Shown here: one piece after another, positions 37,701 to 51,436 of the stretch | Numbering within the stretch: the first letter of the stretch is position 1 | Layout of the letters: the number at the start of each line of letters is the position of its first letter | Assembly: GCF_006345805.1 (NCBI RefSeq) | Contig: NC_042998.1 | Location: 135,098,001-135,162,000 of the forward strand | Source of the DNA: Octopus sinensis | Lineage: Eukaryota | DNA length: 64,000 nucleotides | Direction of reading: 5' to 3' | Notes under the pieces: model-generated | The model's input: only the letters and a program-made list of their open reading frames with translations | Told to the model about the DNA's origin: nothing | Databases searched by the model: none | Translations under genes and position numbers: made by a program

Positions 37701-40700
37701 GAGACTTATCACATAAGAGAAAAGCAATACAACCCATATAAACCAAGGATAGCTCAGCCTGAAGTTGAATTTGTCTTATTACTGTTGGCCCAAATGTTGT
37801 AGAATATTCTACCAGACTAGTTGGTGGGAAACACTTGCACCCATCATTTGAAGAGTGTTTCCTCAGCCACAAGTACGTCAGCTAATCCTGCTTAGCCAAA
37901 CTTTATTCATGGTGTTCATACCTTTTATGGCAACACTTTTTCTTTCATGGAGATATGTTAGTTCTAGACTAGAAAAATCTGAGAGCAATGGTTCAGATCT
38001 CAGCCGAGGGTTGTCATTACAACTGCAACAGCTTTATTTGTATCTTTTAAAAAGTTATATAGCCTCTCTTAGTTTCCTCCCGAGGTTTACCATATTTTTT
38101 ATTTGACTATTTGAATAGTGACTTTGTTAGTGATTATACTGTTACTGCATAAGGCAGCCACTTTCTTTGGAATTTGAGTATCATTTAGTAAATAATGCTC
38201 TTTAACAAATGTTCCTGATAGTTTCCTGATTGTTCATTCTCTTTCAGGTGTTGATTGTATAAGTACCAGTAATATATTTAGGCTTGATTCAATTCATTAT
38301 TGTCTCTTCTTTATGCCTTTACGCTCAACAAGGCATGATTATTGTGAATTTCAGTTGGGATGGGGAGAAGGTCAGGATGTAGGTGAAACATGGCTGTACG
38401 TATAGGGATGTGTGGTGATAAGCAACAGTATAATAAAACTGTAGACAGAAGAGAAATAAGGAGATAGTGTGAAATATGTTTAGTGGTGGTGGGGTGCACA
38501 GTGATGCAGGAATATCAGGGTTAGATATACTGGATGACAAAGACTGAGCGGAGTGTTAATTTCAGATATGAGAGAGTGATCAGGGGTAAGGGGTGCTCAG
38601 TGAAAAGGAAAGTTGTAAAGGATGAAGTTGAAAATGCAGGATGAATGACAAGGGAAGTAGTTCCAAGGAGTGGGTTAATTGGGTGCATAAAAGAATTGGG
38701 TGAGGTGAAATTTGTGCAGTTTTGCTCTCATGTAATTACAGCAGCTTAGGAAGTAGTATTGTAGTTGAGTGCAAGCAGATATTGTTCTGCTTTTGTGATG
38801 CTATTTCATAAGCTTTTTTGAGCTGAACATATAGAATGTGGAATTCATGTGCATGTGTGTGTGTCACATAATTGAAAAGCAGTGAGAATTATGTTTCAAA
38901 TCTAAATAACAACGATTTAATGAATTCTATAGTAGCATCTACTATAGTAATACTGTTTTTCTTTGTCACAGCATATGAATGAGAAAGGGAAGGGATGATG
39001 GATGAATGAAGGGTGATGGCAGACATGATAGTGGGATGATGGAAAATGTATGGTGAAAAAAAAAGTGTTTCAACCCTGTGTGAGTATATGTGTGTGTATG
39101 TAAAAGGGAAGTATGTGAATGTTTGTGTGTGTATGTGCAATGGAAGTGGGATGGTGAACATTCAATGCTGAAAAGAAAAAATCAAACAGCGTTTCAATTC
39201 TGTGTATTTAGTATTTACTTGCCAGCTCCTATATTTAGTCACAGCTAGCTTTATGTAGCCTTAAGTTGTACAAGAAGGAAGGAAAGCTTTAAATTTCTTT
39301 TGAAGGAAACAGTCAAGGAATGTTAGTTTTGGAGAGATTTTTCATTAAAAAATTTGGTAATAAAAGAATTATTAAACTAAAAACTTGGTTTTGTACCTTA
39401 TTTATATATAAAGTACTACAATTAGCTGTCATTTTTGATGGCACAGGGCCAGCTATCATTTATAATAAACTGAAATTCATTTATCTTATCATTAATTTTT
39501 GTAAGTGTAAAGTGAGTAACCCATACCTACTTAGCCTACACACATGGCATAATTATCATATAATACACACCTACTCACAAAAAAAATATCATTGTAAATT
39601 TTCCTGTATATGCTTGCTTTTGAAAGCCAATATGCAGGTGAACTAAATTTACAACAAAGAGTTAATCTATCATAATCAATACTTGTCATAGCTTTTGTTC
39701 AGGCTTGTCAGTGTCTTACAGTAAATACAAAAGAGATTGGTATCATGAACATTGATGAAATGATTTCTCAGTTGATACAATATCATCATTTGATATCCAT
39801 GTTCCTTGCTGCCATGGATTGGACAGTTTGACAAGGATCCAATGAGTCAAAGGACTGCATTATGCTCCAGTGTCTGCTTTGGCATTGTTCTTATAGCTGG
39901 ATGCTCTTCCTAATGCCAACCACTTTACAGTGTATACTGGGTACATTTTTTCATACTACTGGCACTGTTGAGATCACCATGAAGTTAACAAACCCAGGGA
40001 GGGAGGATGTTGTGCTCATATTGGAATGGTGGGGTGAGGGCAACACAAAGGAGACTGATTGATTGGGGTGCTCATATAGATTTAATATAAGTAGAATCAA
40101 CAATAAATGTACTCTATGAAATTTTTAGCAGGTGTAAACATATGGATAGGTTTATTTTGTCAAGTTGGAGGACATCACCTGCTTCAAATTGACTTGCTGT
40201 CTCACAGACTTAGACTTTTTTGATTATTTTGTTCTGTACCAGCTGTATTAATTGTGGTTTCTGCATTCAGGGAAGATGGAGATATTAATTTTCTTGCTTT
40301 CATTTTGTTCTTGTTCCATTTTTTGCATAAACCTTCTTTGTGTTTTTTTTTCACGTTTTTTTCTTATTGTATTACTGTCCAGTGTCCTTGTTTTTAAAAT
40401 GTATATAATGCATACACTGAAAGATTGTTTGGAGATACATGGCATATTTTATAAATATGTTTGAAGCATGAAGCTGTCAGTAGCTCTTTTGGTTTTGTAT
40501 TAAATCAATATGCACACACATTCACACAATCATGATTATTATCATTTAATGTCTCTTCTCCATGGTGGCAAGGGTTGGATGGTTTGACAGGAGCTGGCAA
40601 CCCGGAGTGCTGTACTAGGTACCAGTCATCTGTTTTGGCATGGTTTCTGTATCTAGATGCCCTTCTTAATGCCAACCACTTTTCAGTGTATTGAGTGCTT

Positions 40701-43700
40701 TCATATGATGCCAGTATGAGCGCTCTTTACGTGACATTGGCACGGGTGCTATTTATGCGATGCCAGCCTAGGTGCTATTTATGTGATGCCAGCCTAGGTG
40801 CTATTTATGTGATGCCAGCCTAGGTGCTATTTATGTGACACCTGCCCAGGTGCTATTTACATGATACCGGCATGGGTGCTATTTACGTGATGCCATTTAC
40901 GCGACGCTGGCGTGGGTGCTTATAACGCGGGGCCAGCGCCGGTGCCCTATTATGTATGTGGCACCAGTACCCACAGGGTTGCCAAATAGTTTGAAAGACA
41001 AAGTCTCAGCTGAGAGAGGAGAAAAATCAAGAGAAGTGGCTGTGTGCCAAAAGAGAGTATGATAGGTCAGGGATAGCTGTCTTACTACAGAAGAGATACT
41101 TGGCTACTCCAGTAGGACAAGGAAGCAGAGGGAGGAGGGGAGAGACAAAAGATATAGTCAGTGTGAGAAAGAGCGAAGGTGTATCCTCAAGCAACACTGG
41201 TGAGGGGAATATAAATAGCACAGAAGGGATAGAGGAGATGTACTATAAAAGTGTGAAGGGAGATATTTAGATAGAAAGTGATGTTGAGAGGAAAAAATCA
41301 CAAGTGTATATACACATGTATGCATATATGTACAATACATAACCATGTAGTGCTTCCATCAGAATTATATATCTTTTTATCAAATCGTGTTAATAACGAT
41401 ATTAATGTTATAGTAATATCCTATTAAATCAGAAAATTTTTCTACAGTTATTAAAGAAAAGAAATTACAATCTTGTTTTGTTCAGAAGCTAGCAAGAATT
41501 ATGCTCCAAATTCTGTTATGTGTATTTGATGGTGTTTTAGACAACCATGTGTTGACATGCTATTTATGACATTATAAATATAAAGTGTATTAAGATTAAT
41601 AAAGTAAATGTTACTGATATGCTATACTTTGGCCAGCAGCATTGCTGATAAATGTTAGAGATATGTTTCATTCTAAAAGAACACACATACATACTCAGTC
41701 TTTTTTCCTCACTATCAGCAGTTGAACACTTCTGACACTTGAGATTTTTGTATTGTTTTATGACATATATATAAAAAAATCTGAAGTGTTTAACTACAAA
41801 TTTCTTAAAAATGGGATTAGAATTTCATGTCTTGGTTACAAATGCTGTTTTAAATCATTACGCATTAATATATTTAATACAGTCTGTAGCTCCTTCACTT
41901 TAAGAAATGAATTAAAATGTAAAAAACACTCAAACTAATTATATTTTTAAAACCATCATGAATTTGAAAGTATTGTAAAATTGTTATTAGGTGACTCAAA
42001 TAAGTTGCCTCTTCAGATTTAGACAGTGGTAAGCTGCCCATGAAACTTTGTCTAATGCCACGTCTGTCTAAAAAGGAATCGAGCTATTAAAATAGTTCAC
42101 CAGCCAGCTGGTATAGCCTGCTTGCAACTTGTATACAGCTGACCTTGACTTTTAGTCTGATGATAGTCAGATCATGCCATGCAGTCATGCTGGAATGGAC
42201 ATATGTTTAGTATATGAGGGGTTTTGTTGCAAGTTAAACACAGAAGAATTTAGAAAAACCATATGTTTGTATGGAATTCTGTTTCAAATTGGGAAAAACT
42301 TTTAATGACCTTTATAATGTATACAGCTCAATTAATCCTATGATTGATCAAGTTGCATTCATTGTTACAATTAGTACCAGCATTTCTAATCAGAAAGAAC
42401 ATCAACCAAAAATTATCCCAATTCTTTATGATCCGGCACAACAGTGGACAACAATCACGATGTGAAAGGGTGTGCTGTGATCTATGAAAATTGTCACCCA
42501 AAGTTTCTGGAAAAGTACGTGCCTGTAAAAATTCATACTGCACCTTAAAGATGCAGTATCATGTTGCTACTATATTTGTGCTGAGAGCCAAGTTCCAATC
42601 AAATGCTGGTGTAAACCTTCTGAAAAGTATCATAACAGATGATGAAATGTTGGTGTATGGCTAACTCAGTGATTTAAAAAAGCCTGTCAATCACTCAGAT
42701 ACGAATCATTCAACTATGGTAGTAATTGAAAAATATTCTTAAGGCTGCAATTTACTCATACACAGCATTTTCAGAGCTTTGTCACTAATTCAATTCTTAG
42801 CCAAATTGAAAACTGTTAACATTTTTGAAGAGGACTGTTCCCTAGCTACATTTTGGCATTACAAAATTGAGATTTGGTCCATTAGAAAAAGTTTATATTA
42901 AAATTTGTAGCAACGTTATAGGAGAGTAAGTAATGCCTCCAATCAAGTTTATATCTAAATAACTTTTTTATTTTAAAAGTAAAATATATTTATTTTAGCT
43001 TCACTGATAGAAGAAAGCATGAGAAATTTCATAGTTTTGGTCCCATGCAGCAAAAAAATTGTATCAAAACAGTTGTGAGGTAAAATACCATGAAAAAGAT
43101 TATAAGTAAGGCAAAAGATGGGATATAAGTATAATTAACTTTTTTATTTTAAAAACAAGCTATATTTTAATTAAGCTAAAATGATAGAGCTCAATTTAAG
43201 GAATTTCATGGTATCAATCTCATGCAATGAACTTTTAAAAGGAAAAAGTTATGTTTGTTTCTCAAATTTGAGGGTGATAATATAGTTCTGTACTTTTTTA
43301 TGAATATAGTTCTATAAGGGGACTTTTAATATATGTCACTGGCATCATTGAGGTAATTTTTAATAAGGTAAAATCTTAAATATTGACACGTTATTAATTA
43401 GCGTAATAGCATAGCTTGGAAAAAACATGGATTATGTGGAAATATGTGAGCAAGGGAAATAATATTTTTAAGATTATAAACTTGGAAAAGTACAGAAGTT
43501 ATTACATCTGGTAAAGTACAGAACAAGAACATTTTCAGTTAAAATATTGCAGAAGAGGATAAAATTTGAATACTAAAAATTATTTGATTTTAATTTACAA
43601 AGTAACATAATCAAAAAAAGGTACCATCATTTTAAAATATTGACACACTAGAATACTTTAAAAAATGAGTCAGAAGTACCAATATAGCTAAAGTTCAAAT

Positions 43701-46700
43701 TCCACCGAGGTCAATATATAACTAATTTTTGCATTCTGTTTATATTACTAATTATGTATTACTATTATTTTTTATAACCTATTTTCAAATTTTGAATTAT
43801 TAATTAATGATTAAAAAATGAATTTTTTTAAAGTGCAAAAAATATTTTGAGTTATTTTTAATAGAAGTAACGAGTAATAACTTGTAATAAAATGTTTAGC
43901 TTTAATGGTCTGTCCTATGTTTTTAAAGGATACTAAAGTATGATTTGAGGGAGATTTGGTTGCTATTTCAAGCAGATTGCGCTATTGCATAAAGGCTTTC
44001 TGATTAACTTAAAATTGTTGATAAACTCCATAGGTGATTGAGCAGGTCTGTGATGAAAGACGACCTTCATCATTTCATTTTTTTTTCTTTGTTTATCCAG
44101 AACCACATTATCCACTGTGTCCTTCCTTTATATAAGGTGGAAAGATATTAAGAATTTGCTTGCTATTTCCAGTAGGTGGTACGACTGCATGTAGGCTCTC
44201 TCTATGACTAGGGGATTAATATAGTGTCAGCTCTACAATTTGCTTTGTGCTCTAAGAATCTTTTGAAGTTTTCTCTATTTAATATTTTATATATAGTTGT
44301 GACCACATCAATTTCTTTCTAAATTTTTGTCCTATTGTGACATTGACAAGGGCTTTAACTCGGTGAATACCGTTTCGTAGATTTTGAACTAATGTACGGA
44401 TTCTAGGTCTTTCGACTTTATAGGAATAGTCGCTAAAATCTGTCTTTATATAAGGACATGACACATTAAATAGTGTAGCCTTGCATATTGTAGCCACGAC
44501 TGTTCTGTCTTTTCACAGATGCCTTTTGGTCATGATTACCCGATTTGTATTGACCTGGGGCTAAACAATAGCAGCCATAGATTTGTCTCAGTGAAAACTT
44601 TGGAAGTCCCAATGTATAGAACTTTGTTTTAATAAATTATTGGCGGGCGACAGACTGAAAGTCAAATACTATTCAGTTCTGTCTTCCAATGTTATCGGTT
44701 CAATTCTCGTGGAAGTCAACTTTACTTTTCGTCTTTCAGGAGTTTAAAAAAAAAAATACTAGAACATGGGGGGCGGGGGGAGTCTTTCCAGAATATGTTT
44801 GCTGTTAACATAGAACAAACCATATTACTTACGGTTCAATTAGGTTTTCGATCAACTACTGTACTTACCGTAGTGAGAGGTAGAGTGGGGAGGCAGGGCA
44901 GAGCGTAAATGAAAACAGGTGTGATGGCGTTTTATACCTTTCACGAAAAGTATTAGCCTAACGACATATCTTCGTCTCGAAAATGAGGCGTTTATATTTC
45001 GCTGATCGAGATGTGTTGCTTTTGATTATTAAAGAAATAGAGAACTAAAACGAAATATCCGATGTTTGTTTTGATAGAATATGAGATTTACGGTAAAATA
45101 TATTTTTTGTGCGTCGAGACCAGAAATAAGATTCTATTGTTTTGCACAGTTGAAAGACTGCAGTCGAAGCTCGGAAATGTATTCCATTTGGAACAACGGA
45201 TACTACTTCGCTTCGCAGCCTATAAACATTATTTTACAGATTTTGATGCTAAAATTAGTCAACTGCAGCAGCTACGTGTTCAGAGGACGGAATATCCGGT
45301 GGTTGTCTCCCTTGATGACTGACGGCTATATTCCAGTTGCGACAGTTCCAGCTTGTCGCTTTCATCACCTGCGTTTTCTCGTAGGGTCTTCTGGGGAAGT
45401 AAATATCTATATATAAACACGCACATACACACACGTATGTACGTACCACTCTTTTCTTGCTGTCAGCCCCCAAGGTAAATATCGAACTAGTTTCGTGGCT
45501 TTGGTGTATGTGTATCCGTCGCTTTGTTTATCCATCTTTGTATCCTATGATTACAATAATAGCAAGATGTATCTAACTTAAAGTATGTCTAGGTATACTT
45601 TACGTTGTTCTTTCCTCTCGGTTCCGCGAAATCCTGTTCCATCTCCCCTAACGTTTATTATATTCGCATTTAAATTGTTGGTTGTCGCGTTGGCATATAA
45701 AACCTTCCAGCTGTTGCATCACACCTGTTTTCATTTACGCTCCGCTCTGCCTCCCCATCCCACCTCTCACTAAGGTAAGTACAGTTGTTGATCGAAAACC
45801 TAAACACACACTTTTTGTGTGTGGCAATTAGAATATAATGTATATATAGTGGGAGAGAACGGTGAAAGTGTGCTTAACTCTAAAGCAATATTAATTATTG
45901 GACAAATATTTTAATTATATCAGCATATACGAGAGACAGATTTCTTGTAAGCTTTTTAATGCTCCTGATATCAGATATGTTGGTTGTAACTTAACTGTTG
46001 TTTTTGACACGGATGGTACCTCTGAGTTATATATTCAGTAACAGTTTTGTTATCTGTGCTAATCAGTGTACAATCTTGTATATGATTCTTCCATCATTCT
46101 TTTGGCGAGTACGGTCGATTCTATCTTTCCCTGGTGAGGTTCTAAGTTGAAAATATACTCAGCCTGAACCTTATTTTTTTTTATCCTTGTATTTTTGCTT
46201 TAGGTAGATTTAAGTAGTAATTCAATTCAACCCTTTAACGAAATCGATTGGACCCTGAAGACTATACCAAATTGCTCTGGCATCATAATGTCCAATTTTG
46301 ATGTAATTGTAACAAAAATGAAACCTCATTTCTCCAAAACCTGAAGAGAAAAAGTTTCTCGAAAAATCCTTTTATTTCATAATGAGGATATTAATTTATA
46401 TTATTGCATTTGTTTTATACTTTTTATATTTATAATTGTATTCTTTACATAAATACAGTAAACCTTTTGAATTCAAAGAATCTATAATTTTCTTCCTTTC
46501 AAATCAGGGGTTAATGTCTGCGTAAATAAATATATCTTGGGGTAATTCATCAAAAACGTTCCCTGACCCCTGATCTAACAGATCATGTCTGTCCTGCTGC
46601 TTTCCAGGCTCTGCAGATTTTTCATTATTTAGTGCTTCCATCTTTTGAATGAACTGAAAGCAACAGTTCACTAAATCTCTTTCACTTCTTCCTTGAACTT

Positions 46701-48468
46701 CTTTGGCAATAGTTCACTAAACCCCTTTCACTTTTCCTTTCTCTGGCTATGCTTTTGCTATAGGAATAATGGAAAAGAAACAGTGATAGGTAGGTGAAGA
46801 AAGAAGTCCACTTATAGAGGTTTGTTATAATTTTTAGCACCAGCTGTTCACCATTTCTCATCTATAATCTCATAAATTTCAGCTGCATTGTGAATCTGTT
46901 ATACTGTGCTAATATAATTTAATACTGTATGACAGAAAGCTACATTCTCTTTAAAAAAATTTTTTCATTATAAAATGAGTTTTTTAATTATGAAATCTGT
47001 GAATTGTATGAAATATTTGAGTTTTAAAAATTGAGAGATATTAGTATTGAGTCAGTAATTGAAACAGATTTATTTTATTTTATATTTTATAGATTTGTTA
47101 AATTTACAAGTGGATAGAAAAATGAAGTAGAGGTCTGCAAAATGAAATGAAATTATCTTGAGTAGCTCTTTGCCAATTGCATCGTGTTCAACGATTATTG
47201 AGTTCTTTCCCTGAACCTTTTTCATAAATATTATAATTTAGCATTTAGCGGTCATTGACGTAAAATATCAAATGTCGGCTCTACTAGAACTTCCTGACCT
47301 GTTGACGTTAAACGACATAGATTGTTACTCTACTTGTCTTCTAAATACATATTTAACCTACTTACGTTTTGAATTGCTTTGCTTATATTTTAAACTTTCA
47401 ATTGTGTTTTTTTCTTTATATAGTACCAAGAAGCATTCCAAACTGTTACTAATGAACGTAACCAACAATCAGAGCAATACCAGCATTATATAGACCAATT
47501 ACAACAACAGACTCAGTCATTAACTAACCAGGTCAGTTTATATAACATTTCCTAATCCATCTAGTGTGACTTTTATGACATAAGATTTTTTTCTTTTTCG
47601 TCAGAGGTGGAAGAGCCACACAGGATCTTTCACATGATTTCTGAAATTAGAGGAAGGGAGGCTATGTTCAAATCAAAGAATTAATCCTTTTTTTTTTTTT
47701 TTTTTTTGCAATGGAAGGCACTGGAAGGCCAAATCGGGTGGTGGTGTTAAATTGATAGGCACAGGTGTGGCTGTGTGATGAGAAACTTGCTTGTCAACCA
47801 CACAGTTCTGGATTCATTTCCATTGCATGGTACCTTGGGCAAGTGTCTTCTGTAGCCTTGGGGTGACCAAAGCATTGTGAGTGAATTTGGTTAGCAGAAA
47901 CTAAAAAAAGTATGTTGTGTGTGTATATATCAAGGGTAGGACAGAAAGAACACAACAAATGGAAATCCAACAAAACACAAAATGTGGAAAAATAGATAAC
48001 ATAACGAATGATAAACATGACAAAAACAAGATACATGGCTCATTCGCAACTGATTTTCTCTTTATTCAGTGTCCGGAAAATTCTTGCAGCTTTGCACTTT
48101 TTTATCACTAGGACTGGCTTGAATCTGTCACGTGCCAGAGACTTAATCAAAAAGCATTAAGCTTCTGGGAAAAGTAAATGAATGTATTCAAGAAGAAAAA
48201 CAAGAAAGCTAGAATTATACACATACAGCAGACGAACAGCTTTCGGCTATACAACAGAAGGAAAATAATTGTACATTTACAAATAAATAAATAAATAACA
48301 GAAAGGGTCTTTTGACTTTCAAACGAGTGTAGCATTATGAAATGATAATGCAAGTGCAACAGAAAATGAATTATACATATACAATGGACAAATGCCTTTA
48401 AGCTATACAACAAAAGGAAAATAATTGTACATTTAAACATAAATAAATAAATGTGTGTGTGTGTATGT

Positions 48469-48502
<34 letters not shown>

Positions 48503-49758
48503 ATACATATATATATATATATACACATATATATATATATATATATATATATCATCATCGTTTAACATCCGCTTTCCATGCTAGCATGGGTTGGACGATT
48601 TTGACTGATGGCTGCACCAGGCTCCAATCTTGATCTGGCAGAGTTTCTACAGCTGGATGCCCTTCCTAACGCCAACCACTCCGAGAGTGTAGTGGGTGCT
48701 GTTTACGGGGGCCAGTCAGGCGGTACTAGCAATGACCTCGCTCGAATTATTTTACACGTGCCACTGGCACAGGTGACAGTGAAGTGACATTGGTAACGAT
48801 CACACACGAATGGTGCCTTTTTATGTGCCATGGGTACGGAAGCCAGTTGACTGCTCTGGCAACGATCACGCTCGGATGGTGCTCTTCGCACCCTACTAGC
48901 ACAGGCATAAGTGCCAGTAAGGCGACGCTGGTAACGATCATACTCGAATAGCCACTCTGTCAACAATCACACTCATATGGTGCTCTTTGCACCCCGCTAG
49001 CACGGATGCCAGTCATCGAATATGTATGTATGTATGTGTGTGTATATATATATATATATATATGTTATATAAAATCCGTTCTGTCTGTGTGTGTCTTCTA
49101 GGATCTCAGGCATCCTCCATCCGATTGCATTCAAATTTGATATGTAGATACTGACGGTATCAGAGCATGTATAAGTCTTGAAAAACTTTTAAAAATTGAT
49201 TCCAGGTGAGAATGCGATCGATAAAGCCATGGGAACGTGCATTTGTACATGCAAGTACATGAGCTGTTGTGATCGATACTATGTATACGCGAGAAAAATG
49301 CATGTGTAGACTAGTTTATCAAGTCTATAAACTTAAATCCTCTCCCCCAGTAGTAACTCTAAACAACAAAGTAAAATCAATGATAAGCAGTGTCTTCCTG
49401 TGAAAAAATATCAGTTACTACTATGATATTGTTGATGAAACTTGTTCTTTGTCTACCTACCTACCCTCTTAGTGATTTTGGTTAATGGAATAGCTATAAA
49501 AATGAATCTTTTGAATTTAACTAAAATCTATATTTTTATGCAGCTGAAGATTGCTCAACATTTTAAAACTGATGTAATACTTGCTTTGTTGAATTAAATG
49601 GAGTCACATGAAACGATCGTACTGCATTACCTCTGGATATCGTTGTTGCTTATTTTGATTATAATCACCCCATTTTGAATTTATGGATAATACCATACCA
49701 AATTCTGGTGCCTTTAATTTAAGTACCATATTCAACAGAATCTGAATTTTTACTGAAC

Positions 49759-49850
<92 letters not shown>

Positions 49851-51404
49851 ATCATCATCGTTTAGCATCCATTTTCCATGCTAGCATGGGTTGGACGGTT
49901 TAACTGGGGTCTGTGAAGCCGGAAGGCTTCATCAGGCCTAGTCAGATCTGGCAGTGTTTCTATGGCTGGATGCCCTTCCTAATGCCAACCACTCCGTGAG
50001 TGTAGTGGGTGCTTTTTACGTGCCACCCGCACAGGTACCAGACAGAGCTGGCAAACGGCCACGAATGGATGGTGCTTTTTATGTGCCACCGGCACGGGGG
50101 CCAGGCGAGGCTGGCAACGGACACGAACGGATGGTGCATGAGGCCAGTTGGGGCGGCGCTGGCAACGGTCACGAACGGATGGTTCTCTTACATGCCACCG
50201 GCACTGGTAACACATCTGCAATTTCCATTGATTGATTTCGATTCTGATCCTCACTTGCCTCAACAGGTCTTCACAAGTAGAGTTTTGTGTCCCAAGAAGG
50301 GAAGGTATGCATACGTAGGCTGGCTCCATCCCATGTATAAGGCCACGGGTTATGGTCTCACTTGTCCTGCCGGGTCTTCTCGTGCACAGCACACTTCCAG
50401 AGGTCTCGGTCTCTAGTCATTTCCTCAGTGAGACCTAAAGTTCGAAGGTCGTGCTTCACCACCTCGTCCCAGGTTTTCCTGGGTCTGCCTCTTCCACAGG
50501 TTCCCTCAACCGCTAGGGTGTGGCACTTTTTCACACAACTATCTTCATCCATTCTCACCACATGACCATACCAGCGCAAACGTCTCTCTTGCACACCACA
50601 ACTGATGCTTCTTAGGTCCAGCTTTTCTCTCAAGGTACTTACACTCTGCCGAGTATGAGTACTGACATTACACATCCATCGGAGCATACTGGCTTCATTT
50701 CTTGCGAGCTTACGCATATCCTCAGCAGTCACGGCCCATGTTTCACTGCCATGTAGCATGGCTGTTTGTACACACGCATCATACAGTCTGCCTTTTACTC
50801 TGTGTGAGAGGCCTTTTGTCACCAGCAGAGGTAAGAGCTCTCTGAACTTTACCCAAGCTATTCTTACTCTAGCAGTTACACTTTCAGCACACCTGCCCCC
50901 GCTGCTGACTTGGTCACCTAGGTAACGGAAACTATCAACTATTTCTAGTTTTTCTCCCTGGAAAGTGACGGAAGTTGGTCTCAGAGCATTTTCAGTGTTT
51001 ATTGTTCCTGAGCATCTGCCACATACAAAAACCATCTTCCTAGTTAGCCTTCCTTTGACATTGCTGCACCTCTTATGTGTCCATAGCTTACACTTGGTGC
51101 ATCTTATAGAGTTTCTACCTACACTTTTTCTACAGATCGAGCAGGGCCATCTACCTGAAGGCGTTTGTGATTTGTCTACCTTCCTACTGATTACGACTTT
51201 GGTTTTAGCTAGATTGACTCTAAGGCCCTTCGATTCTAATCCTTGTTTCCACACCTGAAACTTCTCCTCCAGTTCTGATAGTGACTCAGCAATTAGAGCA
51301 AGGTCATCAGCATAGAGGAGCTCCCAAGGGCATCCTGTCTTGAGTTCCTCCGTTATTGCCTGGAGGACTATGATAAATAGGAGGGGGCTGAGGACTGAGC
51401 CTTG

Positions 51405-51436
<32 letters not shown>

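Noticed and set aside
35880-38310. Possible ancient LINE on the - strand around the CR1 tail
   Set aside because: Too decayed to read diagnostic motifs or boundaries by eye.
45062-45416. + strand ORFs of 86 and 111 aa in the CpG-rich module
   Set aside because: No recognisable domain; two overlapping frames; the splice signals favour the - strand reading.
49065-49310. Possible Helitron-like 5' fragment
   Set aside because: Only a general resemblance; no 3' hairpin with CTRR end could be fixed.
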